DNA of 64,000 nt from Octopus bimaculoides (taxonomy: Eukaryota). This document shows positions 51,667-64,000 of this stretch, one piece after another; within the stretch, counting starts at the first letter, position 1; every line of letters begins with the position of its first letter. The stretch spans positions 1,893,802 to 1,957,801 of the forward strand of contig NC_068998.1 of the NCBI RefSeq assembly GCF_001194135.2, in the 5' to 3' direction. Under the pieces are notes generated by a model. The model saw nothing but the letters and a program-made list of their open reading frames with translations, had not been told where the DNA came from and made no database searches. A program made the translations under genes and the position numbers.

Positions 51667-53079
51667 GAGAGAGAGAGAGATGAATAGTGGGAACATAAGA
51701 AAGCTTGACAGATAGGAAAGTTTATTATTGCTGTGCAAGGAAACAAGAGAAAAATTATTATTATTATTATTATTATTAATATAAGAGACCATAGAGGAAT
51801 GGCAGATAATGTGATGTTACAAATAAACAGTTCAGTGCTGTTAATCACTCACTCAATTTACTGTTCTCGTAAANNNNNNNNNNNNNNNNNNNNNNNNNNN
51901 NNNNNNNNNNNNNNNNNNNNNNNNNNNNNNNNNNNNNNNNNNNNNNNNNNNNNNNNNNNNNNNNNNNNNNNNNNNNNNNNNNNNNNNNNNNNNNNNNNNN
52001 NNNNNNNNNNNNNNNNNNNNNNNNNNNNNNNNNNNNNNNNNNNNNNNNNNNNNNNNNNNNNNNNNNNNNNNNNNNNNNNNNNNNNNNNNNNNNNNNNNNN
52101 NNNNNNNNNNNNNNNNNNNNNNNNNNNNNNNNNNNNNNNNNNNNNNNNNNNNNNNNNNNNNNNNNNNNNNNNNNNNNNNNNNNNNNNAAAAAAAAAAAAA
52201 AAAAAAAAAAAACAAGTCAAAGAAAATTTATTATATTTGTAGAGGTAAGGCCACCAGGGGCCACCAGAACAATGCTTGAGGATGCCTGAGGCCGTGGGAG
52301 CTGAATTGCTGGTCAAGAGCCTTGTTATGAAACTGTTTACTTCATCTCAACAAAGGCATTTCAATAGATCTTTATCAGAGCTCAAAGCTCCACCTGGTGT
52401 GTTTATCAATAAACTTAGGTAGGTGCAAAGTTGAGAGAGCTTATGAGGTCTAGGTTCCCTTAATCAGGTATTAAATGATAAATCAGTTAAACCAAGACGA
52501 ACAATCTCCTCTAGAGAAGATAAGGAAATCTCTCATCACCAGGTGATTCAAGAATGCAGAATTCTGAGGCTAATATCACAAAACCAACTCTTAACTTTTA
52601 ACAGCAATTGTTGGTGTTTAGCCTTGGATCAACTGCGACGAAACACACCCTCAGGTCAAAGTCATCTTTTAGGTATGATTGCCTGGTATTTTTGTACATC
52701 AGGGACCACTACATTCAATGTGGCCTTATACTTTTAAGATGGTAAGATGAGATTTCTGGGAGATTTGGCTGGTACTTTTAGCTTTCTGAGAAACTGCATA
52801 AAGGCAATTAACCACTACATAACTTGATTAGTATGTCAGTTGCTGTACTGGTACTGAAAAGAAGGTCTTGGGGGACTTGGTTCCAGGAAAACAAAAATAA
52901 TAATGAAAAAATATTTTTAAAAAAAGAACATCAAAAATAAAAGAAAACATAAAATACAATAATATTAATTAAAACAATTAACCAAAAGAAATTAAAACAA
53001 AACACTGAAAAATTTAAACCATGCAAAAAATATCAATATGAAAATTAAATTGCTAAACATTTATTGGGTGGTGAAACCC

Positions 53080-53620
53080 TAAACAAGACAGTGTAATTTG
53101 GAGAAGAAGTGGATAACGACAGTTTTGAGATGAGTTGAGATTACAAGGCAAGGTGAGGGAGAAAATCCAGATTGTCTCAAGCTGAATAATGCCAGATTGG
53201 ATATACAAATGAACACCAGTAACAAAGTTGGCTTAATTCCAAAGAACTTTGGAATACTGATTGGTCAACCAAATAAAAATTCTTAAAAGCCTTCTTCAAA
53301 CTTGGATACATGAAGCCAAGAGTAAAACTGGGTGTAAGAGTAATTGGATGAGAGAGTGTGCAAAAGGGGAGATTGCAATTTTGTGATGTAACTGGAGAAT
53401 GGCAGTTGGAGAAAGAATTGCTGAGTGTTGGAAGGAAATGGAATTTGTCAATGGAGGATATGAACAAAGATATGGAATTAGAGAGAGGAAAGTTGGTTTG
53501 AAAAGGTTGAACCTCGCAGAGGAAATGACAAATGACCATCACTTTGTAACAAACCACTGAGATCCTGGATAAGAAATACCTAACACTTTTGCAGAACATG
53601 GGAAAACAGATGGAAAAATG
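53080..53620 (-). mobile_element. Probable CR1/Jockey-group LINE RT C-terminal fossil
   Basis: Weak motifs RFNLFKPTFLSL (FN..KT.FL) and WCSFVYPIW (EY.S.IW-like) across frames; heavily decayed. Confidence 0.4.
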
Positions 53621-54919
53621 ATGAGGATGGTGATGTAAAATGATAAAGGAGGAGATTGGGATGTATAACATCAATGTTTGGCTCCCATCCATTATATTCA
53701 TATCAAGTTTCCATACATTGCTGTCCCCACCATAATGCACCTCCTACTTTCACTATCTTAACTACCCATGTAACAAATGGTATCTACCTGTATTCGTTCT
53801 CCACTCACCATCCACCACTCTCCTCCATTACTCCCTCCCTATCATTCATTACCGACATCTACAACTCCCAGTCTCTTACTATCACTCATGTTCATTGCTG
53901 TTCGTCACCCTCCCCAATACTCTCCATTACTCATTCTTGACAGCCATCACTCTCTCTCTCTCTCTCTCTATTGAACCTAGCAATCATGCTTTGACATCTA
54001 CTTGTCCTAACGTTAATACACACACACACACACACACACACATTGAGCTAAACAGTGAAAGATCAACAAGTAAGGAATTAAAAAAATTCAAACATGTGGG
54101 ATATTGTTCATGTGGTTGTTTGATACCTCTCCCCTCAAAGCAGCCCTATGATCAAAGACACTCCAACTTTGACTTCCTAGTAGAAAATACTATCCCATGC
54201 ATCCCTTTTTTTTTTAAGACAATGTGACAGAGTTTGAGGGAGATGTCTGCTGCTTCCCACCGGTTCAGCAACCATGTACTGCAACAATGTCTCTCCTGTC
54301 TAACAAACCATTGTTACAATGTCCAGCAAAAATGTTGGCAAGTTCTTCATGTGATTGAGGTTAAGAAACACAATATGGTCGAGGGAAATGCCACAGAAAC
54401 ATTTAGATATTAGATATTTTATGAGATACATACATATATATATACACACACGCACGTACACACACACATGCACTGTGTTCCCTTGTAAATACTGGGGTAG
54501 TTTAGTTGGACACATATCTGACATTTTTATAGCTTTATTGAATATCAGACAGTGTATGTGTATGTACATATATAAACGCATACATACTGTGTGACATTCA
54601 CTACACTGTCTTATTACTTCATCTACTGATGAAGGCAAAACCTGTACATAACTATTCAAACTGCTAGAAATAGCAACGAAATGTCCCTCAGCTCCCTAAG
54701 ATCACAAATGAAATTACAAGTTGACTAATGAAGTCCTAGATACACTATCTGCATAAAACTCTGTAGGTGGTCACAACCTGTTCAGTCAGACATGACAATC
54801 AATAAACCCCAGCAAGACACAAGTTCCCTTGTATCTATAGAAACTGTCAAATCAATAGATTACAAAGTACCTTAAAAATTTATCAAGTCAAAAGAAACAC
54901 TGCTGATAACCTTGGTTGC

Positions 54920-55470
54920 TATAGTGATTCAAGGGTCGTTTGATTCATTCATCTGGTGATTGCTACAGAAGCTAAGGGTAGATGAGTTGATGGTGAAAGC
55001 TTCCCAAGCCATGTACAGGATTGAAAGCTGCCCAAGCCATGTACAGAAAGTTGAAAGTCAACAATGAGTATAGCAATAAATTTTATGTGTAGGTAGGAGT
55101 TCACCGAGGATCAGTTCTCAGCCCCTTCTTGTTTATCACAGTCCTGTAACAGAATTTATCACAGGCTGTAAAAGAGTGAGTTTAAAACAGGTTGCCCCAT
55201 GGGAGATCTTCTATGCAGATGACCTTGTTCTTATAGAAGAATCAGTAGTAGAATTACAGAAGAAATATCAGGTGTGGAAGCAAGGATTGGTATCAAAGGG
55301 CCTTAAAGTTAGTATAGCAAAGACCAAAATACTAATAAGCAGGAAAGCAGACAAATTACTAATCCTTCAAGGAAATAGCCTTGCTCAATATATAGGAAAA
55401 GGTGGAGGTAGAAATGTGATATGATTTACCGAATGCAAGCTATGGACAGAAATGTTGAGCCTCACAGAAA
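54920..55470 (+). mobile_element. RTE LINE reverse-transcriptase fragment
   Basis: LQKLRVDELMVKASQAMY, VGVHRGSVLSPFLF and PWEIFYADDLVLIEES...WKQGLVSKGLKV..AKTK (YADD catalytic motif), with stops and frameshifts. Confidence 0.88.
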
Positions 55471-57374
55471 TAGACTGGCAATTTGTTGAGAAGATCCATT
55501 TAAGTAAAATCAAGGCCTCCCCCCTCATTCCCTTATCCCTCCATTTCCCACTCTGCCTTTTCACCCTTGCAAGCCCACCTGTACACAATGTGTGCTCCAG
55601 TCAAACATCTTCCCCACAATATATCCCCTCCCTTTCCTTGTGTCCAATCACTTCAATCCCTCCCTTCCATCACAAACTCTCCTTTTGCAGCCTTGCAAAC
55701 CTACCCCTCTCCCACTCACCCTTTCCAATCCCAATTTACTCCATGTACCCAGACCTTGTGGACACCCTGTAGAATGAGAAACTTCTAACACACACAGAGT
55801 CTAGCATATAGTTTCAATTTCAGTTACAGAAATTAGGAATTCAGTCAAAGTGAAATGATGTTTGCTTCTAAAAGGATTCTTTAGAGAGACCTAAACAGCA
55901 TAATAAAGTTACCATTATATTATTCTCACTGATCCGACTGTAAAGTCACATGGTTACAGTGTGGGGCTCACACTTGATAGAATGTGGGGGCAGTGTTACT
56001 TAATATTACCCACTTATAACCCAAATTTCGTTTTCACTTGGCAACCCAGTTCTTTATTTTTAATTTCACTGTTTTCTACCATTTTTCTAATGCAACTGCA
56101 TACCACCTTCCACCACATTTTTCTTTCGTTCTTCCACCTCTAAAAACCAATTGATCTCNNNNNNNNNNNNNNNNNNNNNNNNNNNNNNNNNNNNNNNNNN
56201 NNNNNNNNNNNNNNNNNNNNNNNNNNNNNNNNNNNNNNNNNNNNNNNNNNNNNNNNNNNNNNNNNNNNNNNNNNNNNNNNNNNNNNNNNNNNNNNNNNNN
56301 NNNNNNNNNNNNNNNNNNNNNNNNNNNNNNNNNNNNNNNNNNNNNNNNNNNNNNNNNNNNNNNNNNNNNNNNNNNNNNNNNNNNNNNAAATCTTGTTTGT
56401 TCTGTGGTTTGCAAGAACAAGAAGAAAAAAACCCAGATATTTGAAGAGGAGAACAAAAAACACAATGAACAGTCAACTCTTCCAACAGAATATATGTCAA
56501 ACACTAATTTATTAACACCTTGTCTCCTCAAACCATCTGTTACCATTGTGTACAAAAGTTTTCAAATTTAGTTTATTTCAACAAATTGATTTGAAAAACT
56601 CAGTTTTTTTTTTGGGGGGGGGGTATTTATCAATATTGGAATATTTCCCTGCATTTCTGCCAACTCTTTTGTGGCCACCATGTTTGGCCATTTCCCTGAA
56701 GAAGTAGAGTCTTGTCTTTTCTATTCGTTGACACTCTAGTCCAGTGGTTCCCAAGGTGTGAAGTGAGGGCTGGGAGGAGAGTAAAAATATTGTGAAGATA
56801 TCTAAAATAAATTAACACCTTTCTGGACCATCATCATCATAATCATCCCCTTTTTCATGTTAGCCTGGGGGCTACAATAGAAGACAGTGCCCATAGTGTC
56901 ATCAAGTTGTGGGACTGATCTGAAACCATGCAGTTGGGAAATAAACTTAATTACAGGTCAATGCTTGCACCACACAAGCCAACAATGAAACTACTATGCT
57001 TGACCTTCTAGAAATCATAGCCAAATATTCCTCAAATCAAACCATACTGTCTTCAAAAGGAACATATTGGAAAATGTAATTCTGGGTTCTGTGAACTAAA
57101 GGAAAAGAGGTGATGGTCACAGCGGGAATGCAATTGAAAAGGGACATCTGCTTCACCAGGGTTTACCTGGGATTCAGTAGCAGCATCTCCAATTAGTTTG
57201 TTATCAGGTGTTTCATTCCTGCCCAGGTACATGTCAGTGGCTGAGTGGACAAAAAGATTAGCTTTAATTTGGAAAAAGAGGTCCCAAGATCAAATTCAGT
57301 TTGGGGCAAAAGACACTTGACAATGGCTGGAGATCAAAGCAATTGAAGCAAACATGATAGATCTTCGATATTTG

Positions 57375-58025
57375 TTTTGAATCAGTGAACTGCGGCCATG
57401 CTGGGGCACCACCTTGAAGGGTCTTAGTAGAACAAATTGAGCCCATTTCTTGTTTTAAGTCTAGGACTTATGTTATCAGTCTCTTTTACTGAGCCACGAA
57501 TTATGAGGACATAAACAAACCAGCACCAGTTGTCAAGCAGTCATGCTGGGGCACCATTTTGAAGACTTTTAGCTCAACAAATCTATCCCAGTTTTTTTTT
57601 TGTTTTTTTTTAAGCCTGGCACTTTTCCTATCGGTCTCTTGCTGAACTGCTAAGTTACAGGAATGTAAACACACCAACACCGGTTGTAGTGGTGGAGGAC
57701 AAACTTACAAAGACACACACATACGATGGGCTTCTTTCAGTTTCTGTCTCCCAAATCCACTCACATGGTTTGTGTCAGCCAAGGCTACAGTAGAAGACAC
57801 TTGCCCAAGGTGCCCCCCAGTGGGACTTAACCTGACACGCACACATAAAAAACAAACACACAGAGCAGGTCTCCACACAGTTTCCATCTATCAAATTCAC
57901 TCACAAGATATTGGTTGTCCCAGAGCTATAGTAGAAAACACTTGCCCAAGGTGCCACGCAGTGGGACTGAACCCAAAACCACGTGCTTGAAAAGTGATCT
58001 TCTTAACCACAAGGCCATGCCTGCA
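57375..58025 (-). mobile_element. Tandem array of partial SINE family A copies
   Basis: Repeated catgctggggcacc tails and gacacttgcccaaggtgcc cores at ~57400, ~57545, ~57790 and ~57935. Confidence 0.8.
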
Positions 58026-58134
58026 CCTCATCATCATCGGCATTATCATCATCAGTTCTATATTTAAGAGATGAAGAATTATGTACATAATTTACATTTA
58101 CATTTGACGGATATTTGTCCTCATCTTGTTTGTT

Positions 58135-58180
58135 AACACACCATTTTGGCTGATATACCCTCCAGCCTTCATCAGGTGTC
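58135..58180 (-). ncRNA. Second (antisense) hammerhead-like motif, with GAAA mutated to AAAA
   Basis: Reverse complement gacacctgatgaaggctggagggtatatcagccaaaatggtgtgtt. Confidence 0.55.
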
Positions 58181-58290
58181 TTGGGGAAATTTCAAACATG
58201 GGTTCTCATTTCTAAGGTATTTTTCAATGTTATTATACCAACATCGAAAAATACCTTAGGAATGAGAACCCAGGTTCAAAATTTCCCCAA

Positions 58291-58336
58291 GACACCTGAT
58301 GAAGGCTGGAGGGTATATCAGCCGAAATGGTGTGTT
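58291..58336 (+). ncRNA. Minimal type I hammerhead ribozyme-like motif (cleavage site non-canonical)
   Basis: GACAC-CUGAUGA-A-GGCUG-(10 nt)-CAGCC-GAAA-UGGU-GUGUU: stem I, core, stem II and GAAA intact; position 16.1 is G rather than U. Confidence 0.7.
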
Positions 58337-58995
58337 AACAACAAACAAGATGAGGACAAATATCTGTCGAATGTAAATAATGTATTATCATCATCATTGT
58401 TTTTAACATCCGCTTTTCATGCTGGCATGGGTTGGTTGGTTTGACTGTGGACTGGCAAACCAGGAGGCTGCACCAGGCTCCAATCTAATCTGGCATGATT
58501 TCTACAGCTGGATGCCCTTCCTAACAGCAACCACTCCGAGAGTGTAGCGGGTGCTTTTTTTACATGCCACCGACCTGTAGATATAATTATTGTAAAGACA
58601 ACCAATTTGAATCCAGTTTGGATTTGAACATTTGGTGAGGAGGATTAGGGAGAAAACTGATCAAACACAGAGTGGAAAGGAATATTGGAAATGTAAACCC
58701 TTGAGCTGAGACTAATTGCTCTGAAAAATTATCATCTCATTATCTTAATTAATAGCAACTCGTCTCGTACAGGAAAAATAAACAAATGAAGTGGGTGGGA
58801 AAGGTTAGGGTGTAGTGGGTAAGATAGAGGGGTGAGAGGAAGAGGAGGTGAATGAGACTGGTTGGTGAGAAAAGTGTGTTTCGAATAGGTCATTATGGTG
58901 TTTAAGAGTTGGGGTGGGGAAGAGGGCTTGTATGTTTTCAAGCTGTTTGAGAAAAACAAAAAGAAAAAACAAGAGAAAAAAAGGAAATAGCTTAC

Positions 58996-59077
58996 CTGGT
59001 CGGGTCACCATGAAGAATATGGGCAAAACGAAGACCATGACCAGCAAAAGAACAACATTCTTCAGTCTTGCTCTCAT
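58996..59077 (-). CDS. MGAT4B: MGAT4 first coding exon (cytoplasmic tail plus type II signal anchor)
   Basis: ATG at 59077; MRARLKNVVLLLVMVFVLPIFFMVTRP+G, donor CAG|gtaagc; phase 1 fits the exon at 44948. Resembles the MRLRN-plus-TM start of MGAT4A/B. Confidence 0.75.
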
Positions 59078-59268
59078 CCGGTAAGCCAATCGGTGGTGAG
59101 CTGTAGCCCCTCCAAGACAAATAATTAAGGGTTGGTTGGTCGGTCGGTCGGGTGGTTGGGTTCCTTTCCTCAACTGACTGGTTCGTTGGTTGGATATTTT
59201 AAGGAAACAGCAGGGTGTGTGGGGGGGATGTGGAACTAGTTGAAATCTCCGTGTGTCAGTTGGACACA

Positions 59269-59311
<43 letters not shown>

Positions 59312-59329
59312 CAAAACACCAATGTCACC

Positions 59330-59814
59330 TCCTCACCACTTGGTGGTGGTGGTGGTGCAACCTATGAGGCCAGCAGTAATGTCCCAGACAGTTTTTCAGT
59401 AATATCAGCAGTAATAAGAGTACTATAGGTGTTAGTGGTGGTGGGTGGTGGGGAAGAGGCCTAGCTATGTAATAATGGAGCGACTGTGACAAACACTGTG
59501 ACAAAGATAGGGAGGGAGGTGATTGACAGAGGCAACAGAAGGAGGAGGGTAAGGAGGCGGGGTTGTGCAACACCGCCAACAAGGACAGTGGTGGTGATGG
59601 TGCAGTCGGTGGTGGTGGTGATGGTGGTGGCAGTGCAGGTGGGTGTAGTTGTTGTTATTGGTGGTGGTGGTGTTGTAGTAGTAATAGCAGTGGTGGTGGT
59701 GGCGGCGACGGCGGCAGTGGCAGTCACAATGATGGCGATGACGACGTTGTTGGTGTTGTTGCTGCTGCTGCTGCTGTTGGTGTGGTGGTAGTAGTAGTAG
59801 CTGTGTCTGTAGTG
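59330..59814. repeat. Mosaic trinucleotide low-complexity tract (GGT/GTT/GCT/GTA) upstream of MGAT4
   Basis: Direct reading; runs into the gap that starts at 59815. Confidence 0.85.
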
Positions 59815-61886
59815 NNNNNNNNNNNNNNNNNNNNNNNNNNNNNNNNNNNNNNNNNNNNNNNNNNNNNNNNNNNNNNNNNNNNNNNNNNNNNNNNNNNNNN
59901 NNNNNNNNNNNNNNNNNNNNNNNNNNNNNNNNNNNNNNNNNNNNNNNNNNNNNNNNNNNNNNNNNNNNNNNNNNNNNNNNNNNNNNNNNNNNNNNNNNNN
60001 NNNNNNNNNNNNNNNNNNNNNNNNNNNNNNNNNNNNNNNNNNNNNNNNNNNNNNNNNNNNNNNNNNNNNNNNNNNNNNNNNNNNNNNNNNNNNNNNNNNN
60101 NNNNNNNNNNNNNNNNNNNNNNNNNNNNNNNNNNNNNNNNNNNNNNNNNNNNNNNNNNNNNNNNNNNNNNNNNNNNNNNNNNNNNNNNNNNNNNNNNNNN
60201 NNNNNNNNNNNNNNNNNNNNNNNNNNNNNNNNNNNNNNNNNNNNNNNNNNNNNNNNNNNNNNNNNNNNNNNNNNNNNNNNNNNNNNNNNNNNNNNNNNNN
60301 NNNNNNNNNNNNNNNNNNNNNNNNNNNNNNNNNNNNNNNNNNNNNNNNNNNNNNNNNNNNNNNNNNNNNNNNNNNNNNNNNNNNNNNNNTTCATCCTTTC
60401 GGGGTCGATAAATTAGGTACCAGTTACACACTGGGGTCGATCTAATTGACTTAATCCCTTTGTCTGTCCTTGTTTGTCCCCTCTGTGTTTAGCCCCTTGT
60501 GTGCAATAAAGAAATAAGAATCGTTAGCATGCAGGGGCAAAATGCTTCGGGACATTTCGTCTGTCTTTACGTTCTGAGTTCAAATTCCACTGGGGTTGAC
60601 TTTGCCTTTCATCCTTGCAGGTTATGGATCGATATGATAAGCAACAGTCAAGCACTGGGGTTGAGGCAATCGCCACAAAATTGCTGGCCTTGTACCAAAA
60701 TTTGAAAGCAATATTAATAGAGACTAGATTCATGTGCACTAATAAAGCCTCAGCTACCAACTGACCTTTATCGACAGCTGTTCAATCAAATGTCTGTTAT
60801 GGATTTCTCTGCCGCCAGTAAACACTAACACTTTTTTTTTTTTTTTTTTTCATATTTCCAATATTTTGGTTCCATTAAATGGTGTAATCTGGAAATAGGT
60901 TTTGTCTGGCAATATTAGACAAATCCAATTTAGAGAAATCTGAAATTTGACTTTCGGCAGCTTCTGTTTTCGAATAGATAACAACTTTGTTGGTTCTGTC
61001 TTCACTTCATGAGTGATGAAGTGCAGAGCAGTTTGGCACAGTATGGTGCAGTGTGCATGGTGTGGTATACTTCAGTATGGGTTATAGTACAGTGAGGGTT
61101 TTTTTAAGATATGGAATGGTTAAATAGAGGCAGTGTTGTGTAGTGAAGAGTGAGTGAATGGGTGGTGAGGGATGGGGTGATGGAATACATCATGGTAGCA
61201 TGTGATATGATGCAGGGTAGGGCAGGGGTGGTGTTGTATGGTTTAGCATAAAGTGATGTGGTGAGTGGAGCAGAGGGGGTAGCGCAATGCAAAATGATGT
61301 GGTGTAGGATAGAGATGGGAGGGGGCACGATATCAGATTGGGGGNNNNNNNNNNNNNNNNNNNNNNNNNNNNNNNNNNNNNNNNNNNNNNNNNNNNNNNN
61401 NNNNNNNNNNNNNNNNNNNNNNNNNNNNNNNNNNNNNNNNNNNNNNNNNNNNNNNNNNNNNNNNNNNNNNNNNNNNNNNNNNNNNNNNNNNNNNNNNNNN
61501 NNNNNNNNNNNNNNNNNNNNNNNNNNNNNNNNNNNNNNNNNNNNNNNNNNNNNNNNNNNNNNNNNNNNNNNNNNNNNNNNNNNNNNNNNNNNNNAAACTG
61601 ACATCAGAGAAAAGTGATAACAGATGTTGCGGAATATGTGATATAAAAATATGTAAGATGGCTTTACATAAGGACAAACAAGACTTCCCATTAGTTACAA
61701 GGTTAGGGGAAACTCTCTCTCTCTCTCTCTCTCTCTCTAATGTACTTGAAACATAAATGAAATGCTTTCAACAGAGATTAGAACCTGAATTCAGGAGTGC
61801 ATTCCGTCCACAGAACACAAACAAAACCAATGCTTCCATTGGTTTGACTGAGTCAAAACCTTTCCAAGTTAATCTTGTGTCTCTCG

Positions 61887-62218
61887 TTTCAATCATTAGA
61901 CTGCGGCCATGCTGGGGCACTGCTTTGAAGAGATTCTAGTCGAATGATTTGACCCCAGCACTTTTTTTATCAGTATTTTTTGGTGAACCACTAAGTTACA
62001 GGGATGTAAACACACCAACACTGATTGTCAAGCAGTGGTTGAGGACAAACACAAACACACACAACAGGCTTCTTTCAGTTTCCATCTACCACTCCTAAGG
62101 CTTTAGTTGGCCTAAGACTATAATAGAAAACATTTACCCAAGGTGCCATGCAATGGGAATGAACCAGGAACCATGTGGTTGTGAAGCAAGCCTCTTACCA
62201 CACAGCTACACCTGCACC
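61887..62218 (-). mobile_element. SINE family A, full-length
   Basis: A box TAGCTGTGTGG and B box GGTTCATTCCC on the minus strand, followed by CORE and tail. Confidence 0.85.
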
Positions 62219-63305
62219 GGTTTCTTACAGAAAAATGATAAATTAATTCTAAACTGTGGTTTGAAGTAGAAAATTGCTTCCCCAAGTAGATAATCACTCA
62301 CCATGCAGCTCCAAGAGGCTAAAATTTCTGCTTCACTGGAGTTAGAAAGAATTTTCTTTTTTTTATATCTGATCAATATTGGCTCCTCTATGACAACCCT
62401 CAATATATTACCGCTACACACTACCATCGTTACCTCCTCTATAACAAAACACCTGTGCTTGTCCCTCTGCCATGCTTTCCGCTTTCAATAATTGGCATAA
62501 AGCCTCCTCCTCCTCCTCTCTCAAGTACGCATGAACTCAGTTGAGGTGTTTTTTCTTTGTCGGGAGAGTTACTTTGCAACTTCATTAGTTCTGGCGTATG
62601 TGTTTGTCTGACCACCATTGTTTGACAATCGGTGTTTACATCTCTGTAACTTAGTGGTTCAGCAAAAGAGACCGATAAAATAAGTACTAGGCTTACAAAG
62701 AAGTCCTGGGATCGATTTGTTCAACTAAAGGCAGTGCTCCAGCACGGCCACAGTCAAATGACTGAAACAAGTAAAAGAATAAATGATCCGATAAGCTAAT
62801 CCTGCCTTGGTTTTGTCTTCCTTTAATTTATACCCACCGACTCGGAAGCCTGCTACAGAACCCCAGCTCCAGCCTCCATTGTGAACTTGGATCCTAGCGG
62901 ATTACCAATTACAGCACTTATGCAATGTTTAGTCCGTCGGTGACAGAAACCATTCCTTTANNNNNNNNNNNNNNNNNNNNNNNNNNNNNNNNNNNNNNNN
63001 NNNNNNNNNNNNNNNNNNNNNNNNNNNNNNNNNNNNNNNNNNNNNNNNNNNNNNNNNNNNNNNNNNNNNNNNNNNNNNNNNNNNNNNNNNNNNNNNNNNN
63101 NNNNNNNNNNNNNNNNNNNNNNNNNNNNNNNNNNNNNNNNNNNNNNNNNNNNNNNNNNNNNNNNNNNNNNNNNNNNNNNNNNNNNNNNNNNNNNNNNNNN
63201 NNNNNNNNNNNNNNNNNNNNNNNNNNNNNNNNNNNNNNNNNNNNNNNNNNNNNNNNNNNNNNNNNNNNNNNNNNNNNNNNNNNNNNNNNNNNNNNNNNNN
63301 NNNNN

Positions 63306-63345
<40 letters not shown>

Positions 63346-63689
63346 CAGTCAATTTGAGGATATAATGTCGTCCTAGGGATTATAAAATACGCAGCTCAAC
63401 AGGTGTTATCAATGACATATTGGGAGAATTCTCTCAATATATAAGTCTAATTTACATTTATTACTATAATAAAAAGGAGAAAAAATATTGTGTATATTTA
63501 TTTTATTTGTATCACAATAAGAACATAGCAAACAGTTCAATACAAATAAAATTTAAGTAAAGAAACATTTCGATCTGGTGACCAGATTGCAACATGTGTA
63601 GGCACTTTTTATGCTTATTTTATGTTAATTTATGTTTATTTAAATTTTATTTGTATTAAACTATCTGCTATGTTCATGTTGTGAAATAT

Positions 63690-64000
63690 ACTGTGCGCGA
63701 GAAGACCCGGCAAGCCAAGTGAGACCTAAATCTAAGGCCCAGCCAGCCCACTTATGCGTACCTTCCTTCCTTCATTGGACACTAAATTCCACTTGTGAAG
63801 ACCTGTTGAGGCAAGTGAAATCAAAGTCGAGTTAAATTAAAATTGGATACTAAACCCCACTGCGAAGACCTGTTGAGGCAAGTGAAATAGAAATAGATTG
63901 TTGCCAGCGCCCCCGGACTGGCTCATGTGCGGGCGACACATGATATCTTTGCGTGCGAGATCGTTGCCAGTGCCCATGGACTGTCTCTTGTGCGAGTGAC
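63690..64000. repeat. GC-richer repeat with internal direct duplications (continues out of window)
   Basis: Identical 25-mer gaagacctgttgaggcaagtgaaat at 63797-63821 and 63864-63888; ttgccag.gccc..ggactg.ctc occurs at ~63900 and ~63964. Confidence 0.6.

Larger units (their letters stand above)
58097..58377. mobile_element. ~280-bp fold-back element built from two inverted copies of a Penelope-type terminal sequence
   Basis: Arms 58097-58231 and 58240-58377 with an 8-nt loop; by manual count 8 substitutions and one 3-bp indel between arms. Confidence 0.9.

Noticed and set aside
54627-54660. CTGATGAAGG motif
   Set aside because: The short agg/cct stem is not followed by GAAA; not a hammerhead.
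59078-59314. In-frame open stretch upstream of the MGAT4 ATG
   Set aside because: It begins in (CA)n with a non-ATG codon. The ATG at 59077 already gives a typical short tail plus signal anchor.
59461-59791. Thr/His/Val/Gly-rich ORFs on both strands
   Set aside because: Trinucleotide low-complexity DNA open in several frames at once; no coding evidence.
63797-63888. Repeated 25-mer as CRISPR-like repeat, or CTGTTGA…GAAA as a hammerhead
   Set aside because: Only two copies, eukaryotic context and no cas genes. The core has U at the invariant A6 and there is no proper stem II.

Overview
AT-rich, microsatellite-dense animal genomic DNA with many assembly gaps. The repeat complement looks like an octopus (coleoid cephalopod) genome; this is inference, not a database result. 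Two convergent spliced genes can be reconstructed by hand. (1) On +, the last three visible coding exons (692-877, 1623-1802, 2430->4582, running into a gap) of an ADGRA/GPR124-GPR125-type adhesion GPCR, with poly-His/Gln/Ser/Asn expansions. (2) On -, an MGAT4A/B-type GlcNAc-transferase IV with 11 exons recovered between 59077 and 24577, with GT-AG junctions and consistent phases wherever neighbouring exons are both present; the internal exon after 33202 and the exon(s) after 26673 are absent and probably lie in gaps. The rest is transposon debris: three tRNA-derived SINE families, RTE LINE fragments, a Penelope-like N-terminus, mariner and maT-like transposase fossils, Helitron ends and a helicase fragment, and several MITEs. 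The most notable observations are: a ~280-bp fold-back element in MGAT4 intron 1 carrying two oppositely oriented minimal hammerhead-ribozyme motifs (58097-58377); a 62-bp hairpin with perfect 30-bp arms that replaces the YSPDL-coding segment of a mariner fossil and has a splice-acceptor-like site on both strands (34785-34846); and a 183-codon stop-free in-frame extension directly after the MGAT4 UGA. No CRISPR, rRNA or intact tRNA genes were found.
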